From an uncultured Actinomycetota bacterium (GTDB lineage: Bacteria; Actinomycetota; Actinomycetes; CAVWCF01), in assembly GCA_963753435.1 (NCBI GenBank), contig CAVWCF010000001.1:1312001-1376000 (forward strand): a DNA stretch of 64,000 nucleotides, given 5' to 3'. The notes under the pieces are model-generated. The model had not been told where the DNA came from and ran no database searches. It saw only the letters and a program-made list of their open reading frames with translations. The position numbers were made by a program, and so were the translations under genes. This document shows positions 60,827 through 64,000 of this stretch, piece after piece; the first letter of the stretch is position 1, and every line of letters begins with the position of its first letter.

Positions 60827-61515
60827 GTACCTGGTGGGTCGTGCAGCACGTCCCCTACGAGGCGCCCGGGCTCATCGCTGACGTCGTCGCGGGCGGCGGT
60901 GACGAACTGCGGCTGTGGCCGACGTGGGCGGGTCAGACACCCACCGTCGCCGACTGGGATGCGCAGGCGCCGGACGCCTTCGTGGTCATGGGCGGGCCGA
61001 TGAGCGCCGGGGACGACGACGAATACCCCAACCTCGCCATCGAGCGGGACCTGTTGCGCCGGGGCGTGGCCGAACAGGTGCCGGTGCTCGGGATCTGTCT
61101 GGGTGCGCAACTGCTCGCTGCGGCCACCGGCGCGGAGGTTTACCGCGGCCCCACCGACGAGCTCGGGCCGGGCTCGGTGACGTTGACCGAGGCCGGGATC
61201 AGCGACCCAGTGCTGGCTGCAGCCAGCCTGGCCGAGGTTCCGGTGATGCACTGGCACCACGACACGTTCGACCTACCGGACGGCGCGGTGCACCTTGCCC
61301 GGTCGTCGCAATACGAGAACCAGGCGTTCCGCGTCGGGTCGTCCGCCTACGGCCTGCAGTTCCACGTGGAGGCGTCACCGGCGTGGGCCGAGGCGGTTAG
61401 CCCGAAACTGCCCCCCGGCATCGCCCTTACCGCTGGGGACGTCGATCGCATCTCGGGGCCGGGCCGACTCATCCTTGCGGCATTCGCGCAACTGGTCCGG
61501 ACTGAGCCGCGCTGA
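60823..61515 (+). CDS. class I glutamine amidotransferase-like protein
   Basis: MGGPMS, LGICLGAQL, HWHHD, LQFHVE. Confidence 0.9.
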   Translation: MSTWWVVQHVPYEAPGLIADVVAGGGDELRLWPTWAGQTPTVADWDAQAPDAFVVMGGPMSAGDDDEYPNLAIERDLLRRGVAEQVPVLGICLGAQLLAAATGAEVYRGPTDELGPGSVTLTEAGISDPVLAAASLAEVPVMHWHHDTFDLPDGAVHLARSSQYENQAFRVGSSAYGLQFHVEASPAWAEAVSPKLPPGIALTAGDVDRISGPGRLILAAFAQLVRTEPR

Positions 61516-61996
61516 TTCGCACCGCGAGGTACGGGGAGAACCAGCCTCGGTACTTCGCCTGCAGATTCGGATCGCGCCAGTCGTTGCCCGTAACGAGCCC
61601 TCGACAGGTGCTCGCGCCGCACCCGCAGGCGAATTCGTCGTAGTCGGTGCCGTCGCACATGGCGTAGTCGAAAGTGATCTCCTCGCCGACGGCGATGTCA
61701 CGCATCGCGACCACGACCACGCCGCCGCGCAGCCCGCAGTTGGGTTCGCAGGAGTGGTTCACCATGTCACCGGGCTCGGGCTGCTCGGCCGACAACATGA
61801 ACAGGTTGTCATCGATCTGAATGGATCTGCCTTGTCGCTCCTCCGGGAGGGTCCGGAATACGTCACCGCCGACGACGTGCCCACCGAAGGCAGCGACCGT
61901 CGTACCCGCGGGGATCGACGTCTGGGCGAAGGATCCCCAGCCCTTGTCGCCACTGGGGCTCGCCTGGCACAGCGGACTCAACCAGTTCAGGTCCAT
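61469..61996 (-). CDS. SET-domain protein (putative lysine methyltransferase)
   Basis: KGWGSFA, NHSCEPN, GEEITFDY, post-SET CGCGASTCRG. Confidence 0.9.
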   Translation of the reverse strand: MDLNWLSPLCQASPSGDKGWGSFAQTSIPAGTTVAAFGGHVVGGDVFRTLPEERQGRSIQIDDNLFMLSAEQPEPGDMVNHSCEPNCGLRGGVVVVAMRDIAVGEEITFDYAMCDGTDYDEFACGCGASTCRGLVTGNDWRDPNLQAKYRGWFSPYLAVRISAAQSGPVARMPQG

Positions 61997-62796
61997 CAGT
62001 TCTCCATCACCGAAAGCAGCTCCTCCAGTTGGGCTGCGACACCATCTTCAGTCACCGGGGCAACGGTCGCGTCGGCGACCCGTTGCGCGGCCAGGTGGCC
62101 ATCGGCCATGGCGTAGGAGCGGCCGGCCCAGGCCAGCATCTCTACGTCGTTGAGCCCGTCGCCGAAGGCGACCACTTCGGCTGCGTCTATCCCCCACTCG
62201 TCGGCCACGACTTGCAGGGTGTGGGCCTTGGTGACGCCGGGGGCGGAGACCTCGATCAGCCCCTCGTTGTCACCGACCGAGTGCGTCACCTGTGCCAATC
62301 CGGCCAGCACCGGCTCCACCAACGCGTGCATCTCGTCACCGGTCAGGTCATCGCGCACCAGGAGTTTGCCGATCGGTACTGAGAGCAACTCCTCGATCGG
62401 CGCCACCCGGGTATCCGGCGGCGGCGGCCAGTACGGGCGGTAGTCCGGCGCGTGCGCGTACTCCTCACCCGTCTCGATCGCGAAGGCGGCACGCGGCAGC
62501 ACCGAACGGACCCGCTCCACCGATTCGGTGGCGGCAGCAACCGACAACGGGAACCTCTCGGTGATCCGCTCGGCGTGCAGGTCGTAGACGAAAGCCCCGT
62601 TGCCGCAGACAGCAGTACCGCGATGCCCGGTGGCCTCGACGACCGGGTGCATCCAGCGCGGCGGGCGACCGGTCACGATTACCAGACGCAAGCCCGCCGC
62701 CTCCACGGCGCGCAGCGCGGCCACCATCCGCGGCGACATCGACCCGTCGGGACGCACGACGGTGCCGTCGAGATCCGTCGCGATCAGACGAATCAC
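61996..62796 (-). CDS. Cof-type HAD-IIB hydrolase
   Basis: [27 protein letters not shown]. Confidence 0.93.
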   Translation of the reverse strand: MIRLIATDLDGTVVRPDGSMSPRMVAALRAVEAAGLRLVIVTGRPPRWMHPVVEATGHRGTAVCGNGAFVYDLHAERITERFPLSVAAATESVERVRSVLPRAAFAIETGEEYAHAPDYRPYWPPPPDTRVAPIEELLSVPIGKLLVRDDLTGDEMHALVEPVLAGLAQVTHSVGDNEGLIEVSAPGVTKAHTLQVVADEWGIDAAEVVAFGDGLNDVEMLAWAGRSYAMADGHLAAQRVADATVAPVTEDGVAAQLEELLSVMEN

Positions 62797-64000
62797 TGGC
62801 TCGTTGGCTCCAGCAGGTCGCGCCCCAGCAGCGGCTGCAACGCAGCTGGGACCCGGACCGAGCCGTCGGCGTTCTGGTGGTTCTCCAACAACGCCACGAT
62901 CGTGCGGGGTATGGCCACGAGCGTGCCATTCAGCGTCGCGACCGGGCGGGTCCCCGACTCCTCGCGCATGCGCACCCGCAGCCGCCGGGCCTGGAACTCG
63001 GTGCAGTCCGATGTGGACGTCACCTCCCGGTATTTGCCCTGGGTCGGGATCCAGGCCTCGCAGTCGAACTTGCGTCGCGCCGATGCGCCCAGGTCTCCGG
63101 TGGCAACGTCGATGACCCGATAGGGCAGTTCGAGCGCATCCAGGAACTGCTGTTCCCAGGCGAGCAACCGTTGGTGCTCGCTGTCGGTGTCGTCGGGATG
63201 GCAGAAGCTGAACATCTCGACCTTGTCGAACCAGTGAACTCGGAAGATGCCCCGGGTGTCCTTGCCGTGGCTTCCGGCTTCACGCCGAAAGCAGGGTGAG
63301 AACCCGGCGTAGCGCAGCGGAAGCCGCTCAGCGTCGAGGATCTCGTCCATGTGGTACGCCGCAAGTGGCACCTCGGCGGTTCCGACCAGGTACAGGTCAT
63401 CGTCCGGCAGCGCGTACACGTTCTCCGCGGCCTGGCCGAGGAAACCGGTCCCCTCCATGGCCGCCGAGCGAACCAATGCCGGTGGGATGACCGGCACGAG
63501 ACCGGCCGCGGCGGCCTGCTGCATGGCCAGATTCACCAACGCCAACTCCAGCTGGGCGCCGACACCGGTCAGGTAGTAGAAGCGTGACCCCGACACCTTG
63601 GCGCCGCGCTCGATGTCGATGGCGCCGAGCAGCCGGCCCAGGTCGACGTGGTCGCGGGGAGCGAAACCCTCGGCCTCGAAGTCGCGGATGCGGCCGTGTT
63701 CGCCCAGCACGACGAAGTCCTCTTCGCCGCCGCGAGGCGCATCCGGGTGCACGAGGTTGGACGGCACCAACGCCAGCTCGTCGAACTGGACGGTTGCCGC
63801 CTCGCGTTCGGCCTCGGCCTGCTTGACCTGATCGGCGAGGGACTTCGCGGTATCCAACAGGGCTTGCTTGTCCGCACCGGATGCCTGCGCGACCTGCTTG
63901 CCGATGCTCTTCTGCTGGCTGCGCAGTTCATCGAACCGGGTGCCCGCCGCCCTGCGGGTCACATCCGCGGCGATCAGCGCATCAACGACGCCTGGGTCCT
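62793..64000 (-). CDS. serS: seryl-tRNA synthetase (5' end outside window)
   Basis: [58 protein letters not shown]. Confidence 0.98.
   Translation of the reverse strand, partial: DPGVVDALIAADVTRRAAGTRFDELRSQQKSIGKQVAQASGADKQALLDTAKSLADQVKQAEAEREAATVQFDELALVPSNLVHPDAPRGGEEDFVVLGEHGRIRDFEAEGFAPRDHVDLGRLLGAIDIERGAKVSGSRFYYLTGVGAQLELALVNLAMQQAAAAGLVPVIPPALVRSAAMEGTGFLGQAAENVYALPDDDLYLVGTAEVPLAAYHMDEILDAERLPLRYAGFSPCFRREAGSHGKDTRGIFRVHWFDKVEMFSFCHPDDTDSEHQRLLAWEQQFLDALELPYRVIDVATGDLGASARRKFDCEAWIPTQGKYREVTSTSDCTEFQARRLRVRMREESGTRPVATLNGTLVAIPRTIVALLENHQNADGSVRVPAALQPLLGRDLLEPTSQ

Overview
High-GC actinobacterial chromosome segment running from the 5' end of aspartate kinase to the 3' part of serS. 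The core scaffold is ask, DUF5063, recR, dnaX, SRP RNA, tadA, upp, pntAB, furA-katG, a cfa/FAD-oxidoreductase pair, bpa and serS, with four tRNA-Ser genes and tRNA-Arg(ACG), interspersed with transporters and redox or catabolic genes. The main unexplained signal is at 16.35-18.17 kb: two paralogous minus-strand units with no convincing ORF. Each has a phased array of DnaA-box-like 9-mers, an identically spaced TTGC-N20-TAGAAATC promoter-like motif, a 170-205 nt highly structured RNA and a 3' hairpin with an invariant 7-nt loop (CUCAUAC, resembling a Met-tRNA anticodon loop). A third solo copy of that hairpin, together with the unit-B copy, brackets a pirin gene. Other items: an integrase-less 3.6 kb island in tRNA-Ser(TGA) with a 58-bp att duplication, a frameshifted ATP-grasp gene, an esterase-fold lipoprotein with Asp in place of the catalytic Ser, an NfnAB-like pair, a P1B-5 ATPase-hemerythrin fusion, and a SET-domain gene coupled to serS. 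All product calls come from motif recognition by eye; no database searches were run.
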